NCBI GenBank assembly: GCA_965242925.1
Contig: CBDEUM010000039.1
Location: 32,001 to 96,000, forward strand
DNA: 64,000 bases
Source: Roseibacillus sp.
GTDB lineage: Bacteria; Verrucomicrobiota; Verrucomicrobiia; Verrucomicrobiales; Akkermansiaceae
Direction of reading: 5' to 3'
A program made the translations under genes and the position numbers. Each line of letters starts with the position of its first letter. Within the stretch, counting starts at the first letter, position 1. Positions 1 to 9,829 of the stretch are shown in pieces. Below the pieces are notes generated by a model, which was given only the letters and a program-made list of their open reading frames with translations, was not told the DNA's origin and searched no databases.

Positions 1-101
1 GCTAAGGCGGCTTCTTCTAGGACAGGCGGGCACCGGTCTAATTGAGTTCTGCTTCGCTTTCGGGTTTCCCAAATCCCCCTTGCGCATGCACAATGCATTG
101 C

Positions 102-1913
102 GTGACGCCCCTCGCCTACCTGGCTCTCGTTCTTGCCCTCGGGATCCTTGCCCAATGGCTTGCGTGGCGGCTCAAGCTGCCCTCCATTCTCATCCTGCTG
201 GCCTTTGGCTTCGGCCTCTCCCTGACCACGGGCGTGCGCATCGATGACTATCTCGAGAGAGAAACCCTTCTTGCCCTTGTTGGGATCTTCGTCGCGATCA
301 TCCTCTTCGAGGGCGGACTCACTCTCAAATTCTCCGAGCTGCGCGAGGCGGGCGCGCCCGTCATCCGCCTCTGCACCCTCGGAGTCCTCATCGCCTTTGG
401 ACTTACCAGTGTCGCAGCAAGCTACATCTTCGGTTGGAACTGGCGCATCGCAGCGCTCCTGGGCGCCATCCTGGTGGTGACCGGCCCCACCGTGGTCGCC
501 CCGCTCCTGCGCGTGATCAAGCCCACCCGCAAGATATCCTCCATCTTGAAATGGGAAGGCATCGTGGTCGATCCCATCGGCGCCATCCTCGCGCTTCTTG
601 TCTTCCAGGTCGCAATTGCTGGCGGGGTCCAGTCGGCAAGCGAAAGTGTTTTCCTCACTCTCGGCAAAACCATCCTGGTGGGAATCGTGGTCGCGATCGC
701 ACTCGCGAAAGTGATTGAGATTCTCCTCAGGCGCCACCTGATCCCCGACTTTCTCGAAAGCGTCTTTCTCCTCGCGGTGGTCGCGGTGGCCTTTGCCGCT
801 TCCAACGCAATTCAGGAGGAATCCGGCCTCCTCACCGTCACGGTGCTCGGCATTGCGCTCGCGAACCAGAAGTCGGTGTCCGTGCGCGACATCCTCGAGT
901 TCAAGGAGAACCTGCGCGTTCTCATCATCTCGCTCCTCTTCATCCTCCTCTCCGGCCGCATCGCGTCCGAAGAACTCGGGGCCGTGGCTCTCCCCAGTCT
1001 CGCCCTCCTCGCCGTCCTCTTGTTCATCGTCCGCCCCGCCTCCGTCTATCTCGCCAACCTCGGATCAAAGTCGGTAAACTATCGCGAGCGCACCTTCCTC
1101 GCGGCCCTGGCTCCGCGCGGAATCGTAGCCGCCGCCGTCACTTCGGTCTTCGCCATCGAACTCGATGACGCGGCCGCGAAGGGAGAACTCCCTTCTGCCA
1201 TTGCAGGCCAGGCCGAACACCTCGTCCCGGTGGTCTTTCTCGTCATCATTGGCACCGTCCTTGTCTACGGCCTCCTCGCCTCCCCCCTCGCGCAACGACT
1301 GGGGCTCTCGAACAGGAACGCCCGCGGAGTTCTCTTTGCCGGAGCGGACGCCTGGACCCGCCTCATCGCCAAGACCCTCCTCAATGACGGCCATCCGGTC
1401 ATGCTGCTCGATACCCGCTACGAGAATGTCGCCGCTGCCCGCATGGTGGGTCTCAACGCCATCCGCGCCAACATTCTCTCCGAGCACGTCGAGGAGAATC
1501 TCGAGTTTCCAGGCATCACCCAGCTGGTGGCCGGCACTTCCAACGACGAGGTCAACTCCCTGGCCACCCGCGAGTTCGCTCACATCTTCGGCAAGGCCAA
1601 TGTCTGGCAAATTGCACCCAGCGACAAGGACGCCCACCCCATCACCTCTATCGCCTCTCACCGCCGGGGGCGCATCTGCTTCAGCGAGGAGCCCACCTTC
1701 CAGAATCTCCAGAATCTCGCCTGTCACGACGGCATCATCAAGAAGACGCTCCTCACCGAGATCTTCACCCTCGAAAACTTCCACGAAGTTCACGGTGAAG
1801 AGGCCGTCATCCTCTTCCTTCACGACGAGGGCAAGGGCCTGCGCCCCGCCGCCGCCGACCTTGAGAGCATCCCTCCCGGCACCACCATTTATTCCCTGGT
1901 CAACCCGGAGTGA
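102..1913 (+). CDS. CPA1/NhaP-type cation:proton antiporter with C-terminal TrkA-N-like (RCK) domain
   Basis: About 12 hydrophobic segments with motifs ILFEGGL, TGPTVV, WEGIVVDPIGA and APRGIVAAA, followed by a soluble Rossmann-like tail. Start uncertain (GTG 102 or ATG 93). Confidence 0.85.
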   Translation: MTPLAYLALVLALGILAQWLAWRLKLPSILILLAFGFGLSLTTGVRIDDYLERETLLALVGIFVAIILFEGGLTLKFSELREAGAPVIRLCTLGVLIAFGLTSVAASYIFGWNWRIAALLGAILVVTGPTVVAPLLRVIKPTRKISSILKWEGIVVDPIGAILALLVFQVAIAGGVQSASESVFLTLGKTILVGIVVAIALAKVIEILLRRHLIPDFLESVFLLAVVAVAFAASNAIQEESGLLTVTVLGIALANQKSVSVRDILEFKENLRVLIISLLFILLSGRIASEELGAVALPSLALLAVLLFIVRPASVYLANLGSKSVNYRERTFLAALAPRGIVAAAVTSVFAIELDDAAAKGELPSAIAGQAEHLVPVVFLVIIGTVLVYGLLASPLAQRLGLSNRNARGVLFAGADAWTRLIAKTLLNDGHPVMLLDTRYENVAAARMVGLNAIRANILSEHVEENLEFPGITQLVAGTSNDEVNSLATREFAHIFGKANVWQIAPSDKDAHPITSIASHRRGRICFSEEPTFQNLQNLACHDGIIKKTLLTEIFTLENFHEVHGEEAVILFLHDEGKGLRPAAADLESIPPGTTIYSLVNPE

Positions 1914-1932
1914 TCTTCCCTGCCCGGGCAAA

Positions 1933-2757
1933 CTACCCCGTGCGTCCCGCCCACCACCACAGTTTCGGATCCAGCTCTGTCATCGCTCGCTCTGCCAGAC
2001 GATCAGCGGCTGCCACGTCCTCCAGAACTGCGAACACAGTGGACCCCGAGCCACTCATCAGGGCCGCCCTGACTTCAAACTGCTCCAGCAACCACATTTT
2101 CAACTCGGCCAGGAAGGGAAACTTGGCGAACCCCGACCGCTCCAGATCGTTGCGCATCCCGAGAGCGGCGACCTCCTGGGCCTCATAGCGCACATAGGGG
2201 AGCTCTTTAGTATCCGCCCAGCGTTGGTAGGCATCGGTTGTATCCACTCCGAAGGCCGGCTTAAGGAGAATCACCTCCAGTTCATCCACCGTCGTATCTT
2301 CCAGGATCTCTCCTCTCCCCCGGCACCAGCACGCTCCCTCACGCAGGAAGAAGGGGACATCCGAACCAAGTTGCCCGGCCATTTCCTCGAGTTCACCCTT
2401 CGTCAGCCCCGTCTCTTTCAGTTTGTTCAGCGTCCGCAGCACTGCCGCTGCGTCACTGCTTCCTCCCCCCAGACCCGCCCCTGTCGGAATACGCTTCTCC
2501 AGTGTGATCTGATAATGACAGGGAATTCCGGTCCGCTGCTCGAAAAGTCGTAGCGCCTTCGTTACCAGATTGTCCTCAGGGGGGCCCACTTCCGCTCCCC
2601 CCGTCTCCAGGACATAGGACTCGGCAGGCTTGAAATCCAGCACGTCGGCCAGCCCTGGCAACGGAACCATGAGCGTCTCCAGTTCGTGAAACCCATCTTC
2701 CCGCTTCCCGTGGATGCGGAGGGTCAGATTGAGCTTCGCTGGGGCAGTCACCATCAT
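1933..2757 (-). CDS. ispE: 4-diphosphocytidyl-2-C-methyl-D-erythritol kinase
   Basis: APAKLNLTL, DGFHELET, KRIPTGAGLGGGSSDAA, LGSDVPFF, MSGSGSTVF. ATG at 2757 overlaps the upstream TGA (ATGA coupling). Confidence 0.95.
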   Translation of the reverse strand: MMVTAPAKLNLTLRIHGKREDGFHELETLMVPLPGLADVLDFKPAESYVLETGGAEVGPPEDNLVTKALRLFEQRTGIPCHYQITLEKRIPTGAGLGGGSSDAAAVLRTLNKLKETGLTKGELEEMAGQLGSDVPFFLREGACWCRGRGEILEDTTVDELEVILLKPAFGVDTTDAYQRWADTKELPYVRYEAQEVAALGMRNDLERSGFAKFPFLAELKMWLLEQFEVRAALMSGSGSTVFAVLEDVAAADRLAERAMTELDPKLWWWAGRTG

Positions 2758-3440
2758 GAGGACTCCACATTCTCTGTTCTTCGTCCCATCAGGGCCAGCA
2801 TTCGTCCCGTCTTTCCCCGCTCTACGCGGTAGGAGTAGAATTCCCCTGCATTCTGCCCGGTGCACACCCCACTCATCACCACCTGCTCCGGTGGGACTCC
2901 TGCCGCCAGCAGTTGCTCCGCAATGCGCGGGGCGATATCCACTTCATAGCAGGGCGGTCGAATGCACGGCGAGATAGCCGCTTCAATGTCACCAGCCTGC
3001 GATCCAAATTCCGCTGCCATGCGCTCCAGGGCCCGCAGAACGATGGCCTGCTCCGTGCCGTTCTTTCCCGAGTGCACCAACCCCAGGGCCCCGGTCCGAC
3101 GATCACAGAGGTAGACCGCCGCACAATCAGCCACGTAGATTCCCAGCAGCACCCCTTGCCGGCCACTTGTCAGTAATCCGTCCACTCCGGCTACAATCCG
3201 CTCCTCCACTCCCCCTGCCGGTGCGACCGCCACCGCATTACCGTGGACCTGCTCCGCCCGCCACAAGTCGTCCCACTCAAAGCCCCGCCGGGCGACTGCG
3301 TTCCGATGAGCCGGTTCCAGCAACCTCAGGGTGACCCCCTTGTCCCCGCTCACGGGAATCCCCGGAATCCGTGGGACAAAGCTGGCCTCCACTCCCGGAA
3401 CAGCCAGAACCCGGTCCAGAAAAGAAAGCGCCCCCGTCAT
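2754..3440 (-). CDS. pgeF: YfiH/PgeF family (laccase-domain / purine nucleoside phosphorylase) protein
   Basis: EQVHG, DGLLT, VADCAAV, HSG, ISPCI..CYEV, CT...FYSYR..GRM motifs. Confidence 0.85.
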   Translation of the reverse strand: MTGALSFLDRVLAVPGVEASFVPRIPGIPVSGDKGVTLRLLEPAHRNAVARRGFEWDDLWRAEQVHGNAVAVAPAGGVEERIVAGVDGLLTSGRQGVLLGIYVADCAAVYLCDRRTGALGLVHSGKNGTEQAIVLRALERMAAEFGSQAGDIEAAISPCIRPPCYEVDIAPRIAEQLLAAGVPPEQVVMSGVCTGQNAGEFYSYRVERGKTGRMLALMGRRTENVESS

Positions 3441-3461
3441 GGGATTACCATAACGGGGGCG
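3419..3461 (-). terminator. Intrinsic terminator-like hairpin downstream of marR, overlapping the pgeF start codon
   Basis: Arms 3429-3442 and 3448-3461 form a 14-bp stem (one G-U on the minus transcript) with a 5-nt loop, followed by CUUUCUUUU on the minus strand. Confidence 0.6.
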
Positions 3462-3476
3462 TCTTCACCGTGCCAA
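3447..3476 (-). promoter_or_regulatory. Putative sigma70 promoter for a leaderless pgeF-ispE transcript
   Basis: The minus strand reads TTGGCA-18nt-TATGGT-6nt-ATG; there is no Shine-Dalgarno. Confidence 0.45.
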
Positions 3477-3512
3477 GTTTCCCCGGCACCAAGTGATGGA
3501 AAGTTATTCCCT

Positions 3513-3965
3513 TTATCGAGGAGTCACCACGCGCCGTGCATGATCAAGCGTCTCGGCTTCTTCCTCGTCCATCTCAGACATCATGTCAGCGAGGTTGGCG
3601 GCAATCTCCTTACGCATGTGGGCCACAAGTTCAGTCCCCTTATGCGTGATGCGAACCATGATCTTACGACGATCTTCAGCAGCGTGTACGCGCTCAACAT
3701 ATCCAAGCTTCTCAAGGCGATCAACGAGACCAGTGGCCGCGGCAGTCGAGTGCCCCATCTTTTTGGCGATATCCGACATGGTCAGATAGTCCTCGCTGGA
3801 AAGGTAGGCGAGCAGGAAGAACTGAGGGAAGGAGATGTTCCCACGGTTGAGCTCGTTCGAGAGGTTCAGAATGCAGGAGCGCTGTGTGAAGAGGACAAAG
3901 TCCGCAAGACGATCCGCGTCCGCTTGGACTGCAACTCTTGATTGGTTGGCTGTGCTTGATTTCAT
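3513..3965 (-). CDS. MarR family transcriptional regulator
   Basis: Winged HTH pattern: SFPQFFLL, TMSDIAKKMG, TGLVDRLEKLGYVER, DRRKIMVRIT.KG. Confidence 0.92.
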   Translation of the reverse strand: MKSSTANQSRVAVQADADRLADFVLFTQRSCILNLSNELNRGNISFPQFFLLAYLSSEDYLTMSDIAKKMGHSTAAATGLVDRLEKLGYVERVHAAEDRRKIMVRITHKGTELVAHMRKEIAANLADMMSEMDEEEAETLDHARRVVTPR

Positions 3966-4023
3966 GACTGTTCGACTGTGATGGTATTTAGGTAGGTTTG
4001 GGTGCCCAGCAGCTTGAGAAGTG

Positions 4024-4053
4024 AGGTTATTCTAAATTTTATAAACTTTTCAA
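4024..4053 (-). promoter_or_regulatory. Putative marR promoter with palindromic operator
   Basis: In an AT-rich stretch the minus strand reads TTGAAA-18nt-TAACCT, with the 14/16 palindrome AAATTTTATAAACTTT (4034-4049) lying mostly in the spacer. Confidence 0.45.
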
Positions 4054-4182
4054 GGGTAGAATTAAAAAAATATAGGAAATCAACCTGATTCCAGCATTCA
4101 ATATCGCTTAAGCACCTGCAATTGCGGCCTTTTTGTAAAACTTGTCCAGCAGATCTTGCTGTTGCAAACCCTCATTTCGCTC

Positions 4183-4671
4183 CTAAGGAGCTACCGGAAT
4201 GGACCTCACGGGGGCGCTCGAGCCCTCGGGAAGCTGCCGGACGACCACCACATCGCCCTTTGAGGGATTTCCTTCCTGGATATCCGCAGCGTAGTAGCGG
4301 CCCAGCCTTTCTCCCGTCAGGGAAAGCGAACAAGTCACTCCTTCCGGGCTCACTGACGCAATAAGGGTGCCCTGTCCGAATCCCCCGCCCTGAACATAAC
4401 GTTTGATGAGAACAAATTTCTCCACCGCATGCACCGAGGCGATCTCTCCAACGATCCGCAGGGAAGCAGGATCACCCTCCTTGCCCTTTCCTTCCTCTTG
4501 CTCCCTTGCCGCCGCCTCGCCCTTGGCTTCCTCCCTCTGCGTGTTATCGCGTTTTCCGGATAGACCACAGCTGGTCACTGATCCGGAAAAGATCAAAATC
4601 ACGAAAAGCAATGGGCACAACTGGGCACAACCGGGCACACCCCTACATAATCCAGACTTTCGAGATGGCAC
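4183..4671 (-). CDS. Hypothetical lipoprotein
   Basis: Hydrophobic stretch ending VTSC, a charged linker, then a beta-rich domain (IVGEIASV..FVLI..ADIQEG.P.KGD.V). Start uncertain. Confidence 0.6.
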   Translation of the reverse strand: MPSRKSGLCRGVPGCAQLCPLLFVILIFSGSVTSCGLSGKRDNTQREEAKGEAAAREQEEGKGKEGDPASLRIVGEIASVHAVEKFVLIKRYVQGGGFGQGTLIASVSPEGVTCSLSLTGERLGRYYAADIQEGNPSKGDVVVVRQLPEGSSAPVRSIPVAP

Positions 4672-4762
4672 GAAAATTCAGTTTCGCTCTCTCCCTGCCA
4701 TTGACGAACATCCCTCCCTGTGGTTTCCCTCTCTCCACATTTCCCAATTCAATTCGACTAAC

Positions 4763-4853
4763 GGAGCGGTGGCTGAGTGGTTGAAAGCGCTCCCCTGCTA
4801 AGGGAGTATACCCCAAAAGGGTATCGAGGGTTCGAATCCCTCCCGCTCCGCCA
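4763..4853 (+). tRNA. tRNA-Ser (anticodon GCT)
   Basis: GGAGCGG/CCGCTCC acceptor stem, anticodon arm CTCCC-CTGCTAA-GGGAG, long variable arm, GGTTCGAATCC T-loop, encoded CCA. Confidence 0.97.
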
Positions 4854-4913
4854 CCTTTTAAGAGATGAACTTGAAGGGGCCGATCTTGCTCCCGGCCATT
4901 CCGCTTCCAGCTT

Positions 4914-6909
4914 CTAGTGAACGATTTGAATTTGGTGCCAGTAAGCGGCTTCATGGGCCCACCCTGTCGCCCGGTTCTCCAGTTCGATGCTCACCGTCTT
5001 GCCCGCGTATTTGCTTAGATCGATTTGAAGCTGCTGCCACTTCGTTTCTTCGATGTCCTTGCTGAGCGCTTCCACGCTGTTGATCAAGACCACCAGCTTC
5101 CAGTTGCCTTTCGGGTGGTTGGTGACCTCCAGCTCAAGAATGGTTTTCTTTCCGGTGGGCACCTCGATCTTCCGGGACAGCACACAGGGAACAGTTTGGC
5201 TGCGTGGGTGCGTCAGAAGCACCTTCCTCCGCCCATCCCATTCCTTTCGCAACCCGGGTTTCATCTTGGGGCCGCCCCAATCGCGGACCTTCCATCCAGG
5301 GGCGAATGTTGCGACGTCAGTCGGCAGTGTCGTGCCCACGGTGGGCGGAGTTTTCGGTTTGCTCGAGGAAGTGGCAGCCTTCACTTGCGGCATTTTCGCG
5401 TCCACTTCGCGGCGCCAGTCGTGCAGCATTTTCAGGAGCTTCCTGGTGATCTCCGGCTTTGCCTTGGAAAGGTCGTTCTGCTCGCCGAGGTCTTTTTGCA
5501 GATCGAAAAGCTGAACGGTTCCGTTTTCAAAGTATTCGAGGAGCTTGAAATTGCCCAGACGGATCGCCCCGCCCGGACTCTGGTATCCGTGGTTACTGTA
5601 ATGAGGAAAGTGCCAGTAGATCGCGCCGCGGTCATGGGCCTTGCCTTTGAGGGCGGGCAGGAAGCTCATCCCGTCCACGTGCTGGTCGGGCAAGCCGGGC
5701 AGGCCGAGCATTTCCAGCAGGGTTGGATAATAATCCGTTCCGGTAACCACCGCGTGGGAAGTGGTGCTGACCTCGACCTGTCCCGGCCAGTGGACAATCA
5801 AGGGCACGCGTACACCACCCTCGTAGTTCCAGCCCTTGGCGCCCCGCAAGGGGAGGTTGGATGAAGCAAAGCGACTGTTTAGCGCCTTTCGAGGGTGATG
5901 GACCCCCCGGTACTGGTTCGATGCGGACATGCCGCCGTTGTCGCCCGTGAAGATGACGATAGTGTTTTCCGCCAATCCGAGTTCAACGAGCCTGGCCCGA
6001 ATTCTCCCCAGGCTTTCATCGGTGGCTTCAAGCATTCCGGCAAACTCGACGTTGTCCTGCTTTTGCTTCACCCACCACACGCGCTTGTCCTGATGGACCT
6101 CCAGGACGTCGTTTTCTTCAAGCGCCCTGAGCTCGTCCTTGGGAAAGGGCCGGGCCATCCGGGTTGGGTTCCAGAATGAATTCTGGGCCCTTCTTCCGGG
6201 CCATGACGGCAAGTTTCCTTTCATATTTTTCGACCAGGTCCTTCCGGCCCTGAATCGGATCGTGAACCGCAAAGTGCTCCAGATGGACAAAGAACGGTCG
6301 ATCCTTGTTACGCTCGATGAAGTCGAGCGCGGCATCGGTAAGTTTATCGGTATAGTAGTCCCCCTTTTTAGCCGGAAGGGTTTTCGAATATTGCCCGGAG
6401 AATGGATAATAGTAGGAGCGCACCCAGCCGGTAATGGCTTCGTCAAACCCGTAGGTCCTGGGGTCCTTTCGTAAATGCGCCTTGCCGTAGTTCGCAGTGG
6501 CGTATCCGTGTTGCTTCAGTGTTTCTGCCAAGGTGATTTCTTCGTCGGGCAGTGACATGAGTTTCTGGGCGCTGTGCAGCTTTTCAAAGGCCCGTTCAGG
6601 GCGTCCATTGAGCCATTCGGTCAAATCAGTGCGGGCGGGGTATTTCCCGGTCAGAATGCTGGCCCGGCTGGGTGAACAGACATGACAGGTCGCGTAGGCG
6701 TTATCAAACCGCACCCCATCCCTGGCCAGCTGGTCAATGTTCGGCGTTTCGTGGAAGCTACTTCCGTAACAGCCCACATCGCTCCAGCCGAGGTCATCGA
6801 CGAGAAAGAAAACGACGTTAAGTTTCCGCTCTTTCTCCGCGCCCAGGCTAACGTTTCCCACTAGCGAGGTTATTAGAATTGAGGCGACTATCCACGCGGT
6901 ATTCTTCAT
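4914..6909 (-). pseudogene. Cys-type (S1) sulfatase with C-terminal accessory domain, split by a 1-nt frameshift near 6141-6143
   Basis: The N-half has a signal peptide, DDLG, CSPSRASILTG and GKAHL. The C-half has GDNGG, RGAKGWNYEGGVRVP and LFDL..DLGEQNDL. Removing one C from CTTTCCCAAG gives a continuous ORF of about 664 aa. AGGAGA RBS upstream. May be a sequencing error. Confidence 0.8.
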
Positions 6910-6920
6910 ACTTATCTCCT

Positions 6921-8312
6921 CTATTTTTCTTGTCCGACGTCTGCTGCCGGCAACCAGTTGCCCAGCTTGGACTTTACGGACGAATATTCGGGAATGGAGG
7001 CGAGGTTGGTCCATTCGTTGGGATCGCGGACGTGGTCATAGAGTTCCTGGCCCCCGTCGCGGTAGCGGATGTAGCGCCAGTGTTCCGTTCCTATGGCGTG
7101 GTTGTTCAACCCGTAGGTGATCACGACCGGGCGTTCCCATTTCCGGTCCGGATCCTCCAACAGGGGTTTGAGGCTTTGGCCGTCCAGACCTTTCCGTTTC
7201 GGCAGACCGCAAAGGTCGATGAGCGTGGGATAAACGTCGATCAGGCTCACCGGACGCTGGCAGAGGCGGCCTTTCGCCACGCCCTGGGGCGCTGAAAAGA
7301 CAAGGGGCGTCCGCGTTGAAACGTCCCACAAGGCATGCTTGCGCCAATGCTCCTTCTCGCCCAGATGCCACCCGTGGTCGCCCCACAGGACGACAATGGT
7401 ATTGCCGGCATGCCCGCTGCGATCCAGCGCGTCGAGCACCCGGCCGACCTGGGCATCGGCAAAGCTGATGGTGGCGAGATAGGCTTGAACCGCCTTGCGC
7501 CATTGCTTGTTCGCGAGCACGTTTGCATGATCCCCATCCGGTTTCACCGCAAAGTTCCTCTCCCCGGAAGGATCGTAGACTTCCCGGGCCAACTTCTTTC
7601 CAAAGGCCGGAAGGTCCTCCAGATCCCCTTCCCTTACCCGGGGCAGTTCAATGCCGTCGAGGGGATGCAGGTCGAAATATTTCTGCGGAACTTTCCAGGG
7701 CAGATGGGGTTTGGTTAGTCCATAGGCCATAAAGAAGGGCTTTTCCTGAGGCTTTTCCAATTCGGAAACGATCCAGTCGGCAGTCTTGCCGTCATACATA
7801 TCCTCCTCCCCGCAATCCAGAGCTCCCCACGGTACCCAGGCAGATTTCGACAGCTTTGGGTCGCGCTTGAATGAAGCAGGCGGGATTTGACGTTCCGCTA
7901 CGAAATAGTCGTCCCAAGAATCTGCATCATAAGGTTTCGTTCCGTGGAAGATCTTGCCGGCGCCGCGGGACGAGTACCCGGATGCCCGGAAGTGCTGCAT
8001 CAGGGTGACAGCATCCGGGAGCTTCTTCCGCAGCCTCTCCCCATTTCCGTAAACACCGGATCTGAAGGGAGCCACCCCCGTCAAGAGGCTGATGCGGGAA
8101 GGATTGCAGAGCGGCGCCGAGCAGTAGGCGCGCGTAAAGGAAACCCCACCCTTGGCGAGACGGTCGATGTTGGGCGTCTTCGCATTCGGGTGGCCGCCCA
8201 GATGCCCGACCCAGTCGCGCAGGTCGTCCACCGCGATGAACAGCACGTTGGGACGAGCCCACAGGTTGCCCGCAAAAAAGAAAAGTAATAGAAGACCCTT
8301 CAAAACATTCAT
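6921..8312 (-). CDS. Sulfatase, iduronate-2-sulfatase-like
   Basis: Signal peptide, NVLFIAVDDLR, CNPSR, GKIFH, KPHLPW, WGDHGWHLGEK.HWRK. Confidence 0.92.
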   Translation of the reverse strand: MNVLKGLLLLFFFAGNLWARPNVLFIAVDDLRDWVGHLGGHPNAKTPNIDRLAKGGVSFTRAYCSAPLCNPSRISLLTGVAPFRSGVYGNGERLRKKLPDAVTLMQHFRASGYSSRGAGKIFHGTKPYDADSWDDYFVAERQIPPASFKRDPKLSKSAWVPWGALDCGEEDMYDGKTADWIVSELEKPQEKPFFMAYGLTKPHLPWKVPQKYFDLHPLDGIELPRVREGDLEDLPAFGKKLAREVYDPSGERNFAVKPDGDHANVLANKQWRKAVQAYLATISFADAQVGRVLDALDRSGHAGNTIVVLWGDHGWHLGEKEHWRKHALWDVSTRTPLVFSAPQGVAKGRLCQRPVSLIDVYPTLIDLCGLPKRKGLDGQSLKPLLEDPDRKWERPVVITYGLNNHAIGTEHWRYIRYRDGGQELYDHVRDPNEWTNLASIPEYSSVKSKLGNWLPAADVGQEK

Positions 8313-9829
8313 GGCTTTGGATCAACCTGCCATTTCCTGTTCCGCCGCGCCCCGTAATAAGGGTAATAATCCCACGGGGCATCCAGGCCAAGCGCACGAG
8401 GATCCTTGGTGCGAACCAGGTGCTCCTGCAATCGGTCCGCCAGTTTCTTTTGGATCCCGGCATACTTGGGTTTCCCGGCCAGGTTGACGATTTGTCCAGG
8501 ATCCTTGGTGACGTGATAGAGTTCCTCGGCCGGACGCTTGGCGAAGGCGAGATCATAGAATCGCTTAAACCCCGCCCTGTCCTTGTTATCCATGAGGAGA
8601 GACTTGGTGGGCGATGAATCGACTTCCCCAAAGGGGATGTAGCGCGCACAGAACTCGCGGTCGGGATTGCCCGCCGGCCAGCGGTCGGGTTTGAAATTCT
8701 TGATATAGAGGTATTCCCCTGTGCGGATAGCACGACAGGGATAGCCCTTCCCTCCCTTGCGGCAACCATCGTGACGCTCCATGGCGATGAAGGCGGCGGA
8801 CTTGTCTAGATACGCTCTTAAGTTTGGCGTTCCCGCGTTGCTGAACACATGCATCAGGCTTTCTGCCGTCATCATGTCCGGAGTCTGCAAGCCGGCCGCC
8901 TCCAAAAAGGTTGGGGCAAGGCTGCTGAGGTTCATGCAGGAATCCATCGTGCGACCGGAATCCTTGATGCCCTTGGGCCAGCGGATGGCCAGGGGAACCC
9001 GGGAACCTGCATCGTAGAGGCTGGCCTTAGCTCGGGGAAACGGCATGCCGTGGTCGCTGGTCACCACCACGATGGTATTCTCCAGCTGTCCGGCTTTTTC
9101 CAAGGTCTTGATGGCTCGACCGACCATTTGGTCGAAATGCTCGATCTCCACGTAGTAATCGAGGATATCACTCCTCACCACGGGATGATCTGGAAAGATC
9201 GACGGAACAATCACCTTGGCGGGATCCTTGCCCGTTCGCTTGCCCGCTCCGAGCTCGTATCCGCGATGGGGTTCGCTGGTCCCCAACCAGAAGCAGAAGG
9301 GCTGGTCCTTCTTCAACTGGCCGAGGAAGTCGTCGAAGTTGGCTGCGTAATCCGTATTTCTCATGCCTCGGAAGGGGGGCTTCAACCTGCGTTTTCCAAA
9401 CTCCTGGCCCGCGGGGTTGGAATCACGACCTCCCGCCGCCAGGCGTCCGGGGCTCCATCCCTTGCCGGTGAACCCGATAGTGTAACCTGCCTTCTCCAGC
9501 ACCTCCGTGTAGGTGATAAACTTTTTTGGCAAAGTGCTGTGGATGTTGCCGGCTTCCTCCAAGCGCCAAATGTGTTGCCCGGTAAGGATCGCGCTGCGCG
9601 ATGGTCCGCAGGTGGGGGCATCGCAGAAGGCGTTGGTGAAACGAATTCCCTCGCGAGCGACACGGTCGAAAGCAGGCGTTTTCACCACCGGATCGCCATT
9701 CGCGCCGGTGTGAGCGTAGCTTTGGTCATCAGAAATGCAGAACAGAATGTTTGGGCGGGACTCAGCCCACAAAGTGTCTGTCCATGGGAAAAGTGCGATT
9801 GCCAGGCATCCCACCACGTGTTTGCTCAT
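8309..9829 (-). CDS. Sulfatase, N-sulfoglucosamine sulfohydrolase-like
   Basis: Signal peptide, PNILFCISDDQS, CGPSRSAILTG, EPHR, SDHGMPFPRAK..LYD.G, ERH, RPAEELY. Confidence 0.92.
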   Translation of the reverse strand: MSKHVVGCLAIALFPWTDTLWAESRPNILFCISDDQSYAHTGANGDPVVKTPAFDRVAREGIRFTNAFCDAPTCGPSRSAILTGQHIWRLEEAGNIHSTLPKKFITYTEVLEKAGYTIGFTGKGWSPGRLAAGGRDSNPAGQEFGKRRLKPPFRGMRNTDYAANFDDFLGQLKKDQPFCFWLGTSEPHRGYELGAGKRTGKDPAKVIVPSIFPDHPVVRSDILDYYVEIEHFDQMVGRAIKTLEKAGQLENTIVVVTSDHGMPFPRAKASLYDAGSRVPLAIRWPKGIKDSGRTMDSCMNLSSLAPTFLEAAGLQTPDMMTAESLMHVFSNAGTPNLRAYLDKSAAFIAMERHDGCRKGGKGYPCRAIRTGEYLYIKNFKPDRWPAGNPDREFCARYIPFGEVDSSPTKSLLMDNKDRAGFKRFYDLAFAKRPAEELYHVTKDPGQIVNLAGKPKYAGIQKKLADRLQEHLVRTKDPRALGLDAPWDYYPYYGARRNRKWQVDPKP

